Assembly: GCA_951406725.2 (NCBI GenBank)
Contig: OX597815.1
Coordinates: forward strand, 72,106,001-72,170,000
Length of the DNA: 64,000 nt
Reading direction: 5' to 3'
DNA from: Octopus vulgaris
Taxonomy: Eukaryota
In this document: piece after piece, positions 1 through 21,369 of the stretch
How positions within the stretch are numbered: the stretch's first letter is position 1
Layout of the letters: each line of letters opens with the position of its first letter
Translations under genes and position numbers: made by a program
The notes under the pieces: model-generated
The model's database searches: none
What the model was told of the DNA's origin: nothing
Seen by the model: only the letters and a program-made list of their open reading frames with translations

Positions 1-63
1 GATAACACTTCCAATCAGTTAAGATCAGAAGCCATGAGAGCCACTGCCTGGTACTGCATCAGG
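1..63 (-). mobile_element. End of a copy of the ~555-bp (TAA)n-associated non-autonomous element (window edge)
   Basis: Near-identical to 2179-2242 and followed by (TTA)n. Confidence 0.85.
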
Positions 64-90
64 ATTATTATTATTATTATTATCATCATC

Positions 91-1690
<1,600 letters not shown>

Positions 1691-2245
1691 GAGTGAGAGA
1701 GCAGTGCATGCCAACAAAGTGACACTGGGGTAAAATATACGAAGCCCAGTATACCCATCATGACTACCCGTCTGATAAGGGTACACTAGGCACATGCATC
1801 ACAACCATATGTGCGCGACATGGTGATCTCATATCAAGATAAACAGCGCATGACCTTGCAATGGGGCCCAGTTAGAATTTTCTTCTGGTCGAGTAACCCA
1901 TCCCGCTCAAAAGGTCCCTAAATAAAGGTTGTTTAAAGATGTTGAGCGAAACACCCATGTTTCCAGAGGTGAATTATCCAAACCCCAAAAGATCCCTCTC
2001 AACACATGGCTATGATGTTCCCCCACTACTTCTGCTCGTGATCAGAGATGTACATATCGTCAGCCACTAAGGGACATGCTCAACTGGTTAAGGTCAAACA
2101 ACTGACAAGCAAATCTATGCTATTGAGCAGAATATTTGCTGTAGCCCATCTTTTATACCAAGACAAAACAAAATACATGATAACACTTCCAATCAGTTAA
2201 GATCAGAAGCCATGAGAGTCACTGCCTGGTACTGCATCAGGGCAT
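1691..2245 (-). mobile_element. ~555-bp non-coding interspersed element embedded in (TAA)n (apparently full-length copy)
   Basis: Homologous copies at 1-63, 39467-39998 and 53916-54053. The end reads CTCTCTCACTC(AAT)n wherever present. No tRNA-like head is seen. Confidence 0.85.
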
Positions 2246-2301
2246 TTATTATTATTATTATTATTGTTATTGTTGTTGTTGTTGTTGTTATTATTATTAT
2301 T

Positions 2302-2554
2302 AAGGCAGCGAGCTGGCAGAATCGTTAGCACGCTGGACAAAATGCTTAGCGGTATTTCGTCCATCGCTATGTTCTGGGTTCTAATTCCGCCGAGGTCGAC
2401 TTGGCTTTTCATGCTTTCGGGGTTGATGAAATAAGTACCAGTTACGCACTGTGGTCGATCAAATCGACTATTTCCCTCCCCCAAATTTCAGTCCTTGTGC
2501 CTATAGTAGAAAGGATTATTATTATTATTATTATTATTATTATCATCATCATCA

Positions 2555-2615
<61 letters not shown>

Positions 2616-2965
2616 GATGGCAAGCTGGCAGAATCGTTAGCACGCTGGGCGAAATGCTTAGCGGCATTTCGTCCGACTTTACGGATCTGAGCTCAAATTC
2701 TGTCAAGGTTGACTTTACCCTTCATCTTTTTGGGGTTGATAAATTAAGTACCAGTGAAACACTGGTAGAAAGGATTATTATTATTATTATGGCAGCGAGT
2801 TGGCAAATCGTTAGCATGCCGGGCAAAATGCTTAGTGATATTTATGTTCTTTACGTTCTGAGTTCAAATTCTGCCGAAGTCGACTTTGTCTTTTATCCTT
2901 TAGGGGTCGATAATATAAGTACCAGCTGAACAGTGGGTCGATGTAATCGACAAACCTCTCCCTCG
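2302..2965 (+). mobile_element. Cluster of three tRNA-headed SINEs (family with core GCCTTTCATCCTTTCGGGGTCGATAAAATAAGTACCAG, Meta-domain-like)
   Basis: Repeated head GGCGGCGAGCTGGCAGAATCGTTAGC, B-box-like GAGTTCAAATTC and conserved core. Copies are separated by (TTA)n. Confidence 0.85.
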
Positions 2966-3049
2966 CCTTTCCAGCAATAGGAGGATGATTTACTAAACCA
3001 GGGTAAATCCCACCTTCGGTCATGAATGACCAAAACATTGCACCTAGAA

Positions 3050-3330
3050 AGTTCTCCTCAAAGACACAAGTCCGGGCAATGTTGTTTATGGAAGACCAAC
3101 AGTCGTCTATGCATACCAGCCTCAACTCTCCATGCCACCGATGTTACCCAAGGGAAAGGTAAAAGCCGATACAGCTTGGCACCAGTGATATCGCAACTCA
3201 TTTATACAGCTGAGTGAACTGGAGCAACGTGAAATAAAGTGTCTTGGTCAAGAACACAACACAGCCCGGTTAGAGCGTCGGCACATGCTTATGAGCCCGA
3301 CGCTCAAACCACTGAGTCCATGCGCCTTAA
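3050..3330 (-). mobile_element. tRNA-derived SINE (TCTTGAGCAAGACACTTTATTTCACGTTGCTCCAGT family)
   Basis: Shares its core with 6870-7100, 7210-7355, 30075-30165 and 30305-30420. Confidence 0.7.
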
Positions 3331-3741
3331 CAACTCCCCCACCAATCATTATTTGGTCATAATGTCATCAAGAAATAGATCGGAAAATTTCATATGTCGA
3401 TTTTCAGGAACCTTTCATTCCAAAGTCTTTCAGGGTTTCCGGTTTTTCCGAAGTAGGGTAGTCACCTTGGCTAGCACTCTCTAAATTGAACAAGTATTTT
3501 ATCTTTCACATGTTTCAGTTATTAAACTACGGCCATGCCGGTACACAACTTTGATGAATTTTAGCCGAACGAATCGACCACAGTTCTTGTTTTTAAATTC
3601 TGGTACTTATTCTATTGGTCTTTATTGCGGAACCGCTAAGTTACGGGAACATAAAAACTGTGACACAGAACTTGGAACCATGTGGTTGTCAAACGGTGGT
3701 AGGCAACACGCAAAGGCACAAGCACACACACACACATACAC

Positions 3742-3772
<31 letters not shown>

Positions 3773-3821
3773 ACGCACAAACACACACACACACACACAT
3801 TATATATATTATATTATATTG

Positions 3822-3860
<39 letters not shown>

Positions 3861-3958
3861 ATAAAACGGTAAGATAACAAAAGATATAGAAAGAGACCTC
3901 AATATTATGTAAATAGAGGAAATTTATCTATACAATATGTTACATTACTCAGTAGTCA

Positions 3959-4020
3959 AGATTAAACTCTGAGTTTCAGATGCCGAAGTGAAATCCACAA
4001 CACCATCTCTTCGGTTATCT
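3959..4020 (-). ncRNA. Type I hammerhead ribozyme motif (U4C variant), mirror copy
   Basis: Reverse complement reads AGATAA CCGAAGA GATG...CATC T GAAAC TCAGA GTT TAATCT. Confidence 0.55.
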
Positions 4021-4055
4021 GGCTATTTGAAAACGTTATCCGTTTTCAAATAGCC

Positions 4056-4124
4056 AGATAACCGAAGAGATGGTGTTGTGGATTTCTTCCATTCACTTCG
4101 GCATTGAAACTCAGAGTTTTATCT
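4056..4124 (+). ncRNA. Type I hammerhead ribozyme motif (U4C variant)
   Basis: Stem I AGATAA/TTATCT, core CCGAAGA, stem II GATG/CATT, GAAA, stem III ACTC-A-GAGT, cleavage triplet GUU. Confidence 0.65.
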
Positions 4125-4146
4125 TGACTACCGAGTAATGTAACAT

Positions 4147-4227
<81 letters not shown>

Positions 4228-4252
4228 GTCTGTATATATATATATATATATA

Positions 4253-4392
4253 GTGAGAATTTACAAAAAAAAACAACAAAAAAGACGAAGATGGGTGTGT
4301 AAACAACAAACAGATGTATGAGTTTAACGCTCGGGAAGGTGAGAAAGTGTTTTGCGTTTCGAGCTTATGCTCTTCGGCAGAAAGGAACACAG

Positions 4393-4396
<4 letters not shown>
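4253..4396 (-). mobile_element. Short pseudo-LTR-like insert in (TA)n with a degenerate hammerhead-like motif
   Basis: Flanked by (TA)n. Minus strand reads CTGCCGA-A-GAGC ATAA GCTC-GAAAC-GCA. Confidence 0.45.
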
Positions 4397-4450
<54 letters not shown>

Positions 4451-4722
4451 GACGGACTTCTTTCAGTTTCCGTTTACCAAATTCACTCACAAGGCTCTGA
4501 TCAGCCTGAAGTTATAGTAGAAAACACCAGCCCAAGGTACTACGTAGTGTGACAGAACCCGGGACCATATGGTTGGGAAGCAAGTTTCTTACCACACAGC
4601 CACGCCTGTGCCTATCTAAAGTTACTTAAGTAATTAAATGAATTACCAGTGCTTCTGCAACTGTAGGTTATAAGAAGTTCCGGATCATCAGTGTCCGGAA
4701 AATAAGTGTTATATCTGTATTA

Positions 4723-5147
4723 TTTTTACTTGTTTCAATCATTTGACTGTGGCCATGCTGGAGCACTAGCGTAGAAGATTTTTAGTCGAAGAAATCTACC
4801 CTAGGACTTATTCTTTGTAAGCCTAGTACTTATTCTATCGGATCTCTTTTTTGCCGAACTATTAAGTTACGGGATGTAAACACACTAACATTGATTGTCA
4901 AACGATGGTGGGGGGACAAACACAGGCACAAAGACACACACACATATAAACACACACACACACACATGTATACACATATTTATACGACGAGCTTCTTTCA
5001 GTTTCCGTCTACAAAACTCACTCACAAGGCTTTGGTCGGCCCGAGGCTATAGTAAAAGACACTTACCCAAGGTGCCACGCAGTGGGACTGAACTCGGAAC
5101 TATGTGGTTGGTAAGCAAGCTTTTTACCACATAGCCACGCCTGCGCC
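4723..5147 (-). mobile_element. tRNA-derived SINE with internal (TG)/(TA) microsatellite
   Basis: Reverse complement of the family at 28008-28488. Partial copies lie at ~3500-3720 and 4449-4612. Confidence 0.88.
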
Positions 5148-5833
5148 TATGTTTTGCCATAATTATTTTTGGTCTTCCGTTTTTGGTATTAGCTGGGTCC
5201 TACATCTCAGTGAGTTCTAACTTTACAAATAGTTCACACGATAAAAAAGCTTTCAAGTATCTACTTTGTAAGGAAAGCATTGAATTCTAAAAATATTTAC
5301 TCGAAATTCTTGGAGTTCTTTTTGAGATATATTTGTTGTATTTTCTAGAAACATGCTTCTTCAGTGTCACCGGAGAAGAATCCATTAACATTAATTCTAT
5401 CTGTATCGTGAAGTTTCGAAATATTTCTTCTTTGATGAAATTATTGAGAATCCCTTTTAATCTATTAATAGAATTCCAGAATTTATAGAATCAAAATGTT
5501 TTCTGCTTGAAATTCCAAATTAAACTTATTAATTCCAGCTAAAATATTAGCGAAGAAAGCCATATAGATTTTTTTTTTTTACACAGGATTTTATAATGCT
5601 TCAAAAATTGTTAAAGCCATAGCAATACCATCTTCTAAGGCAGCAGATATAAATATTATTATAAAATTCTTTTCGCCATTTGTTCAAGGCAAAGCTATCT
5701 TGTGCAGTTAATAGGAAGGATTTTTTTTCGAAAATCGGTATTATTAAATTTTGGAAATACCTCATATTCATTTAGGTTGTTAGGATTATTACATAAAAAT
5801 ATTATGAAATACTTCCGGCTAACTTTTGTAAAT

Positions 5834-6032
5834 AGGCGGCGAACTGACAGAATCGCTTGCATGTCGGACAAAATGCTTAGCGGCATTTCCTCCGGCTCTT
5901 TATGTTCCCATGTTCAAATCCCGCCGAAGTCGACTTTGCCTTTCATCCCTTCGGAGTGGACAAAATAAGTACCAGTCAAGAACTGGAGTTGATGTAATCG
6001 GCTTCTCCCCTCCTCCTCCAAATTGCTGGCCT
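5834..6032 (+). mobile_element. Meta-domain-like SINE
   Basis: Head and core match 26907-27135. Confidence 0.8.
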
Positions 6033-6227
6033 TAAACTTTGCAATGGACCAGTGTCTCATTCAGAGGGAATGGTGTACTCTCAGTCACTTATACGCCATG
6101 GAAACCATGCCTTATGTGTCCGAGGGTTCAAGAAAATAAAAATACTCTTGTAAGTAAGATGTTAGTTCAGTGCAGACGTTAGCAGTAAGGAGGTAAGTAC
6201 ACTGAATGCAAGTACACTGGATACATG

Positions 6228-6449
6228 TCCAGTATCTTCGCCGTCATCAGTTCACTGCAAACAAAGTTCACTGTCATCAATTCACTGTTTTTCTTGGTGG
6301 TGGGGTTCTCAATAAAATAGTTTTTAACTATTAATGGTGAAATACTACGGATATATTTTTCTCTGTAAACTTTCCTTGCGGTGAATTAATAGTGGCGAAC
6401 TTTCCCTGCGGTGCACTGATGGCGGGGAGTTTATCTGTGACCCACTGGA
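6228..6449. mobile_element. Degenerate MITE with internal TTCACTG/CGGTGAA subrepeats
   Basis: CGTCATCAGTTCACTGCA is imperfectly inverted as TGCGGTGCACTGATGGCG. Confidence 0.45.
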
Positions 6450-6869
6450 TGACAAAACCCGAGGCTGTATAAAGATGTGGAGATTTTTTTTTCTGCTTCA
6501 AGAAATGTTGAACTTCTCTCTTGTGTTCCATCACTTTAGCATTATCGCCAGCAAATCCTCTTAGGTTTTACAAAGGTGATTTTATTGTCATTATAAAACG
6601 CGGGGAAGGGCTTGCTAGGTGCAAAGGCGTCTTCAGTTTCTTAAAAGCTACTTGTCCATTTTATTTCGAAGTTTAGTATCATAGTGTCTAGTTACCAGAG
6701 CAAATTGGTTTTAAGAAAGGTCTGATGTCTCATCAACTGCGTTTTGTTGCCGTCAACTTACAAAAACAAAGTCCTTGAAAACATACTTCCTGATCATATT
6801 CATCAGCATGAACCCCTGAACATTACTGTTTAGAGTCCTGGGACTCCCAGAGCTAGTTACCCGGTTTGT

Positions 6870-7100
6870 GGAGGCGCGTGACTTTATGGTTGGACTCATC
6901 ATCGTAAGATTGTGGTTTCGATTCCTGGAACGGGCAACACATTGTGCTCTTGAGCAAACCACTTCATTTCACGTTGCATCAGTCCACGCAGCTGGCAAAA
7001 ATGAATAATCCTGCGATGGATCGGCGTCCCGTCCAAGTGGAGGATTTATACGTCATGGAAACCAGGAAACCGGCCCCTATGTGTCGGTATGACTTGAGAA
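6870..7100 (+). mobile_element. tRNA-headed SINE with V-domain-like 3' part
   Basis: Head GGAGGCGCGTG...GGTTTCGATTCC and motif CCTGCGATGGATCGGCGTCCCGTCCA shared with 51249-51570. Confidence 0.75.
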
Positions 7101-7749
7101 TGTAACCATACATTTTTAGTTACCCGGTTTCCATGATCTATAAGTGCCCAAGATCACACTCTCACCACCCACCAACCTACATACGAAGCGCTAGTCTCTT
7201 CCAGGATTTACTCATTTACAGCTGAGTGGACTGGAGCAACGTGAAATGATGTGTTTTGCTCAAGATTACAAAGCATCACCCGATTCGGGAATCGAAACCA
7301 CATTCTTGCGATCATGAGTACAACACCTTGACCACTAGGTCACACGCCTTCACCCCGATCACATTAGGATAAGAAAATGTTCCTTCCTTTGGTTCGAACC
7401 CACTTGGTGTATCTTTTGCAATTTTAGAATCTGGACAAACATAGTCAATGACGTTAGATAAGGGTCTAAAACGGGGGAGTAATAAGTAAACTATATTCTG
7501 TAAATAGCCGTAACTGAGCAGTTCAGCAAAAGATACCGATAGAATAAGTACGAGGCTTCAAAACATAAGTTCTGGGGTCGATTCGTTCGACTAAAATTCT
7601 TCAAGGCGGTTCCCCAGCATGGTCGCAAGTCCAATGACTGAAACAAGTAAAAGAAAAAATAAAAGAACAAAATATACAGGATTTAAATTGGATGGTTGCT
7701 ACTCGTATTGAGTGAGTAGAATATGAATTTTGTTTTACTTGCTGAGAGT

Positions 7750-8112
7750 GAAGAGAAGGGATAATTCTCATGAACTTTGTAGCCCTTTCGAGATGGGCGA
7801 GTTTGATGTCATTAAAAGTGTGTTTAAATTGTTGTAGGAAAGGCGTGGAGAGGGAAGATTCGAGAAGATCGATGATTTGGAGAGGGAGGACTGAGAATAA
7901 TGGTCAGTACGAGGCCAGCGATAGGGAGAGTGGATACAGCAAGAGTGATGAGAAGTGGATAGACGAGTAGGTCAGAGGTGCGTGAGTAGAGAGAGGTAGA
8001 GTATGAGACTAGCTAGCTCTGAGGAAAGGAGGATATTATAGTAACGATAGAAAAGACCAGAGAGAAGAGACAGCAAGTCTTTGGGTAAAAGGCTGGAACA
8101 GATCAGTCAGTC
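7750..8112 (-). mobile_element. Old CR1/L2-like LINE 3' fragment
   Basis: Degenerate FQPFTQRLAVSSL motif resembling the post-RT LQPLSHRR.VASL region of CR1-group LINEs. Confidence 0.5.
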
Positions 8113-8419
8113 AGTAGTCTTTCTCTTCGTGCGTTCTGGGATGTTTTTGTGCTCTAGCATGACTTGGTGGGTAACGAGACGGTTTGCCCTGGGTGACACT
8201 TTTGGAACTGCTGCATAAGCTTGTGTAGGCTTGAAGGCTTGGAGGGAGGCGCAAACTCACGGACTGCTCAGGACGGCACACATACTAACTATGCCTCTGC
8301 CTGTGTGTGTTACAGCAACACCCCAAATATGATGGCAGTACTTCATTGTAGTTCTCACTTGAGCCTTGCAGTGAGGACAGCTTTCACAAAATAAATTACT
8401 TTTGAAGAACGATTTGTCA

Positions 8420-8788
8420 AAAGGAACCGATAGAATAAGTACTAGGCTTAAAAATAATAAGTCCTGGGGTCGAACTGTTCGACTAAAAGTCCTTCAAGGC
8501 ATGGTCGCAGTCAAATGACTAAAACAAGTGAAAAATAAGAGCCGAACCGCGAGGTTACGGGGACGTGAACACACCAACACCAGTTGTCAAGAGGTAATGG
8601 ACACACATACACACACACGCGCGCGCTCACACACACAAACACATTCTTTTAGTTTCCGTCTACCAAATCCACTCATAAGGCTTTGGTCGGCCCGAGGCTA
8701 TAGTAGAAGACACTTGCCGAAGGTGCCACGCGGTGGGACTGAACGCGGAACCATGTAGTTGGGAAGCAAGCTTCTTACCACGCCAGCG
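8420..8788. mobile_element. Rearranged fragments of the microsatellite-containing SINE (both orientations)
   Basis: 3' part on + at 8420-8535, then a minus-strand copy at 8540-8788. Confidence 0.75.
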
Positions 8789-9534
8789 TATGTATGTATG
8801 TATGTATGCATGAATGCATGAATGTATGTATGTATGTATGTATGTATGTATGTATGTATGTATGTATGTATGTATTCACCCACTAGATACTAGTATTAAT
8901 TAAACGATGTTGATAAACTGAAAGAAAACTTATTCAACATCCGCAGCAATACAGATGAGACCGCGTTTCTAGACGAACGTTTTTCTTTCTTCCTAAGTTT
9001 CTTTTGCTCTTTACTTCGTATTTATTTCATTCCTGCTTTCTATTTTCTTTATTTCATTTTCCACTTTCTTTTGCTTTCCTTTCTTTTTAACTTTCTTTCT
9101 TTCTTTTTTACATTTCCTATCGTTTTTTTATATCCTTCTAAATTGGTTTTCTTTCTCCCGTTTTCTTTGTTTCGTTCTTTCTTTCGTTTTACTCTTTTTT
9201 CCTTTCGCTTTCCTTTCTTCCAAGCCATTTTTCCTTTCGTTCTTTTATTCGCTTTAGCCCTTTGTTTTTTTAAGTTTTCCTATCCTGTATAACTTAAATT
9301 TTACTCTTTCTGTCTATTTTCTTTCTCGTTTTCTATCTTTACCTTTTCCATCTTATACGTTTTGTTTTCACTTCATACCTTTGTCTACAAATTATCTTTG
9401 TTTTCATTTCATACAAGTTTTTATACTGTTTGTATGGGTGTATCTATGTATGTGTATGTGCGTATAAATGTATGCATGTGTGTATGTGTGTAGAAATGTA
9501 TTTGCGTGTATCTGTGTGTGTTGTGTGTGTGTAT

Positions 9535-9593
<59 letters not shown>

Positions 9594-10179
9594 ACTTTAA
9601 ACTGCATCCAGTAGTGGGGTTCTGGGGCGGGAATTCCAGGGTTTGAGGAGTGGGGAACCACCTCTTAGCCACTAATGTTCCCAGATATTCTCTGATTCGG
9701 AAAAGGGGCATCTTTCAGGATCCCATCTCTGGGTTAACTAGCATATGTAATGACAAGCCATCTGAGCGTGGGGACGTAGTAATCTACTTGGCTTGTGTAA
9801 AGACGCACAGTAAAACCATCGCAAGTGAGGAACTCCTAGCCGTTGACCCTTAGCATCCTTCTAGGAAGACACTCTGATGTAAAACCTGTGGTTTCACGTG
9901 ATTATTGGCTATCTCTTATGGTCTGTCACTAAGTTGCTAATCACAGAGACTCAGAGACTGGTACTCATAGTGTACAAGCGTTCATCATTATAATCCAATG
10001 CCATCTATTTATGATGACCTCATTTATCATTGCATCTGCTGAAAGTCCTATACCGATGGAAGAGTCCTGATGTGTGTAGGCCTAACTAGTTCGATGCTCA
10101 CATTAAGTTACAACTTTCAACAGTTACATATACTTTAAACCATGCAGATCTGCAGCGGGATTGAATAGTCGCCCGAAAA

Positions 10180-10745
10180 GGTCTTTCCACTCCATGCTCT
10201 GCCTTTTGGATTCTGGCTGAAAACGATGGATCCAGGTTTCATCTCCTGTGACTATTCTCTCCAAAACAGCTTCGCTGTCATCGTTGTAGAGCAACCGAGT
10301 AAGCGTTGGCAGATCTCCACACGATTGTGCTTTTGCGCTTCGGTAAGCTCTCTTGGCAATCATCTCGGACAGACTTTACGGAAGCAAAGCTTGTCGTGGG
10401 TGATTTCGTATGTAGAATCATGAAACATTTTCAGAGAACATGCCAACTTATCGATGGTCACTTATCGGTTCGTCAGAACCATCTCCCAAGCTTGTTGAAT
10501 CTTCACATCAGTGATGGAGGCTGATGGGCGTCCTTGCTCCCTCTTCATGCTTCAGGCTTGTCCTGCCATTTCTAAACTCTTGATCCACTCATACACACTT
10601 CTACGCGGTAGAGCGTAGTCCTCGTATTGTACTGAAAGCCTGCGATGAATTTTAGCCCCTGACAAACCTTCATTCAAACAAGACAAATCGGATCAGCGAT
10701 CTCTGTTCTTCCTTGGTGCACACTGCCGGCGGAGTGGCCATGTTT
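10180..10745 (-). pseudogene. Mariner (Tc1/mariner) transposase remnant
   Basis: LERIVTGDETWIHRFQPESKRQSMEWK (first catalytic D motif) with a disrupted HTH region upstream. Stops and frameshifts are present. Confidence 0.85.
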
Positions 10746-10855
10746 AGTTTGAAAACTGGAGCGATCAAGGTTAAACCTTTAGAACTTGAGTGCTGAAGGC
10801 AGCGCAGCCAATACTAAAGAAAGGTTTGGTGAAAGCGCGAATAACTTTTGACTTC

Positions 10856-10926
<71 letters not shown>

Positions 10927-10934
10927 ATAAGAAT

Positions 10935-11160
10935 TTTCAGTCAAAATAAACACACCAACACCGATTGTCAAGTAGTAGAGTGGGACAAACGCAAACACAC
11001 ACACACGAGCTTCTTTCAATTTCTGTTTGCCAAATCCCCTCACAAGGATTTGTTCGGTCCCAGACTATGGTAGCAGACACTGGCCCAAGGTGTCACGCAG
11101 TGGGATTGAACCTGAATCCATGTGATCGGGAAGCAAACTTCTTACCACACATCCACGCCA
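10935..11160 (-). mobile_element. Microsatellite-containing SINE, partial
   Basis: Matches the 5' half of 28008-28488. Confidence 0.8.
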
Positions 11161-11169
11161 ATAACACCT

Positions 11170-18565
<7,396 letters not shown>

Positions 18566-18570
18566 AAAAT

Positions 18571-18760
18571 GTATTAACACGTTTTAGGGGATCGATTTAT
18601 TTTGCTACTTAAAGTTTCATAAGATGAATGACATAATATTCAGGAATGATTCCTGCAAGGAAAATCTTATATTGTGTAATAATTATTAGGTATTATTATG
18701 CCATTCATATAGTGAAACTTTAAGTAGCAATTATATTTACCCCGGAGACTGTATTAATAT
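18571..18760. mobile_element. Palindromic MITE
   Basis: Inverted pairs TTGCTACTTAAAGTTTCA / TGAAACTTTAAGTAGCAA and ATGAATGACATAATA / TATTATGCCATTCAT. Confidence 0.65.
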
Positions 18761-19202
18761 AATGTAATTACTCAACATTGTATTATATTTCAAGGTGATT
18801 TATAGCGAATTTATAGCGAAACACACCGCCACATCCTACACACATATAAAGCTTGATAGTACGATGGCGCTAAGGTTTGAAGTTATATAGGTATTAAAAG
18901 AGATTCTCATCAGCAGAGTGTGATCTTCAATGTTATGATGGGTAATTCAGTTCGCAAATTATGAATGGCCACACGATAAGGTCTGTTAGGAAGGGCCTAC
19001 GTTTAAAGATTATGGCAGCTAGAGTATAGACGTAGTTTATTTTTGACATATAACTTTAGATTTAGTCGTAGCCGTTGGTGTGTGGTTAAACTATTTGCTT
19101 CCCAACGTCATCGTTTCGAGTTCAGTTCCACTGCATGGCACCTTGGGCAAGTGTCTTCAACTATAGTCCCAGCTCTCTCTCTCTCTTTCTCTTCCTCTCT
19201 CC

Positions 19203-19237
<35 letters not shown>

Positions 19238-19799
19238 TGTATGTATGTATGTATGTATCCGTGTGAATGTGTGTGCGTGCATGTCTGTGTATGAGTGTGT
19301 GCATGTTGCGCCCCCTTCTCTTACATCGCTTGATAGTTGTAAATGAGTACCACTGTCACATAAGCAGTGTCATTTATTTCTATTATTCTACGAAAGCATG
19401 TCTAGGTATGGGTAGATATTACCTTGCTTGAAAACAAGCGAGGGTTAGCGAGAGGAAAAGCATCCAACTGAAGAAAATCTGTCTCAATATACTCCATTCA
19501 ACCCATGTAAGTATTGGAGATGATGATGATGATGATGACGGTGTTGGTGGTGGTGGTGGTGGTGGTAATGATGATGATAATGAGACGGCGCATTCAGATA
19601 TTAGCATTGCTTTTATAGTAAACCTAACGAGGAATTTCGCTTTATTCTTATAATTTCGAGCTATTCCCAATAAAGATTTTAAACATTCTTAATAAAATGA
19701 ATATGTGCATACCTAGCTGATGTCCTGGCGAGGAATCCTTTAAGAGTGCTGTTTGTTATTACAATGAAGAATGAAAAGATAGTAAATTGAAAGGTGATA

Positions 19800-20196
19800 A
19801 CTTTATATATAAAACAGAAGTTGTGTGTCTGTCTCCTACGATTTAGATTCCTAACTACTCCCACATTTTGCGGTGCAGTTTAACCAAAACCGGGTATCTT
19901 ATAGTCGTGATTCATATCAAGCCCTTCTGGGTATTAGCGCGCGTCTACGATGAGTCTACGATTTAAAAAAAAATTTACCGTCATTTTTTTCCATTTTAAT
20001 GCATTTTTTCGCTATTATATAAGGGAAGTAACTCTCTAAAAATGTCTACCACGAGTCAACGATTTAAAAAAAAATTACCATAATTTTTTTTCCATTTTTA
20101 ATGCATTTTTTTGCTATTTTTTGGCTATAACTCTCTAAAAATGCTTATATAGTTATTTCCCTTACAAACCCGAGCAACGCCGGGCGATACTGCTAG
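19800..20196 (+). mobile_element. Non-autonomous Helitron
   Basis: 5' CTTTATATATAAAA, an internal ~100-bp tandem duplication, and a 3' GC hairpin CCCGAGCAACGCCGGG followed by CTAG|T. Confidence 0.85.
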
Positions 20197-20218
20197 TTCA
20201 CTATATAAGAACAATATT

Positions 20219-20432
20219 CTTTTCTACTCTAAGCACAAGGCCCGAAATTTTTGGGGAGGGAGCAAGTCGATTAGATCGACTCCAGTATGCAACTGATATT
20301 TAATTAAGGGAACCCGAAAAGATGAACGGCAAAGTCGACCTCGACGGAATTTGAATTCAGAACGTAAAGACAGACGAAACACCTTTAAGCATTTCGCCCG
20401 GCGTGCTAACGGTTCTGCCAGCTCACCGCCTT
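20219..20432 (-). mobile_element. Meta-domain-like SINE with 17-bp target site duplication
   Basis: TSD TATATAAGAACAATATT at 20202-20218 and 20433-20449. Confidence 0.9.
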
Positions 20433-20434
20433 TA

Positions 20435-20692
20435 TATAAGAACAATATTAATATTATCGAACATATATTCATTGTATGTAGTTTGCTCGATCGCCAGTCG
20501 CCGGCGAATCAGCGCGATGGAGATGACTCTCTCAAATCGCCAAGTATTAAAACACCTAAAAGTCATAGACATGGAGTCATCTCCATCGCGCTAATTTGCA
20601 GCCGACCGGCGAACAAGTAAAGCACATACATTGAGTATATTTACAACGCTAGCTCTTCTTAAAATTCAAATTTGAACATTAATATTGTTATA
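20435..20692. mobile_element. Palindromic MITE
   Basis: Perfect inverted core AGCGCGATGGAGATGACTC / GAGTCATCTCCATCGCGCT with imperfect outer arms. Confidence 0.7.
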
Positions 20693-20794
20693 TTTAATTC
20701 ATAAAGAGGAAACCAAATATTAAATGGTATAATGGTCTCCACAGTTTTAAATGTTAGTTTCGATGTTGTCAGGATTTTTTAAAAAGTAGATATA

Positions 20795-20944
20795 GGCGCA
20801 GGCGTGGCTGTGTGATTCCGGGTTCAGTCCCACTGCGTGGCACCTTCGGCAAGTATCTTCTACTATAGCCTCACACCGACCAAAGCCTTGTGAGTAGATA
20901 TGGCAGACGGAAACTGAAAGAAGCCCGTCGTATATATATATATA

Positions 20945-21020
<76 letters not shown>

Positions 21021-21225
21021 TTTGTATCCATTTTTGTCCCCCGCCATCGCTTGACAACTGATGTTGGTGTGTTTACGTCCCCGTAACTTAGCGGTTCGAC
21101 AAAAATAAACCGATAGAATAAGTACTAGGCTTGCAAAGAATAAGTGCTAGGGTTGATTTCTTCTACTAAAACCATGGCCGTAGTCAAATGACTGAAACAA
21201 GTAAAAGAATAAACGAATAAAAGAG
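20795..21225 (+). mobile_element. Microsatellite-containing SINE
   Basis: Colinear with 28008-28488 with an internal (TA)(TG)n tract. Confidence 0.9.
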
Positions 21226-21332
21226 CATAATAAAAGCAACGGAATGGTTTATCTGGTACCGCTACAATTGTTTCATTAAGTGTCTTTATTGGGACAGTTT
21301 GGTGTGTAGTATGCACAACATCAATACGGTTA

Positions 21333-21369
21333 TGTAATACGTTACGCAACCCTCACTTCATCAGGCTAC
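21333..21369 (-). ncRNA. Degenerate minimal hammerhead motif
   Basis: GTAGC CTGATGA AGTGAGGGTTGC GTAAC GTA TTAC, with AATAAA ~45 nt downstream. GAAAC is mutated to GTAAC. Confidence 0.4.

Larger units (their letters stand above)
3859..4154. mobile_element. Fold-back non-coding element in (TA)n, probably derived from a Penelope pseudo-LTR
   Basis: Arms 3929-4035 and 4041-4154 are near-perfect inverted repeats with a 5-nt loop. (TA)n lies on both sides and each arm holds a hammerhead motif. Confidence 0.8.

Noticed and set aside
8955-8982. Minus-strand GAAACGCGGTC, resembling a hammerhead 3' half
   Set aside because: No CUGANGA half or stems could be found, and it is too short to support.
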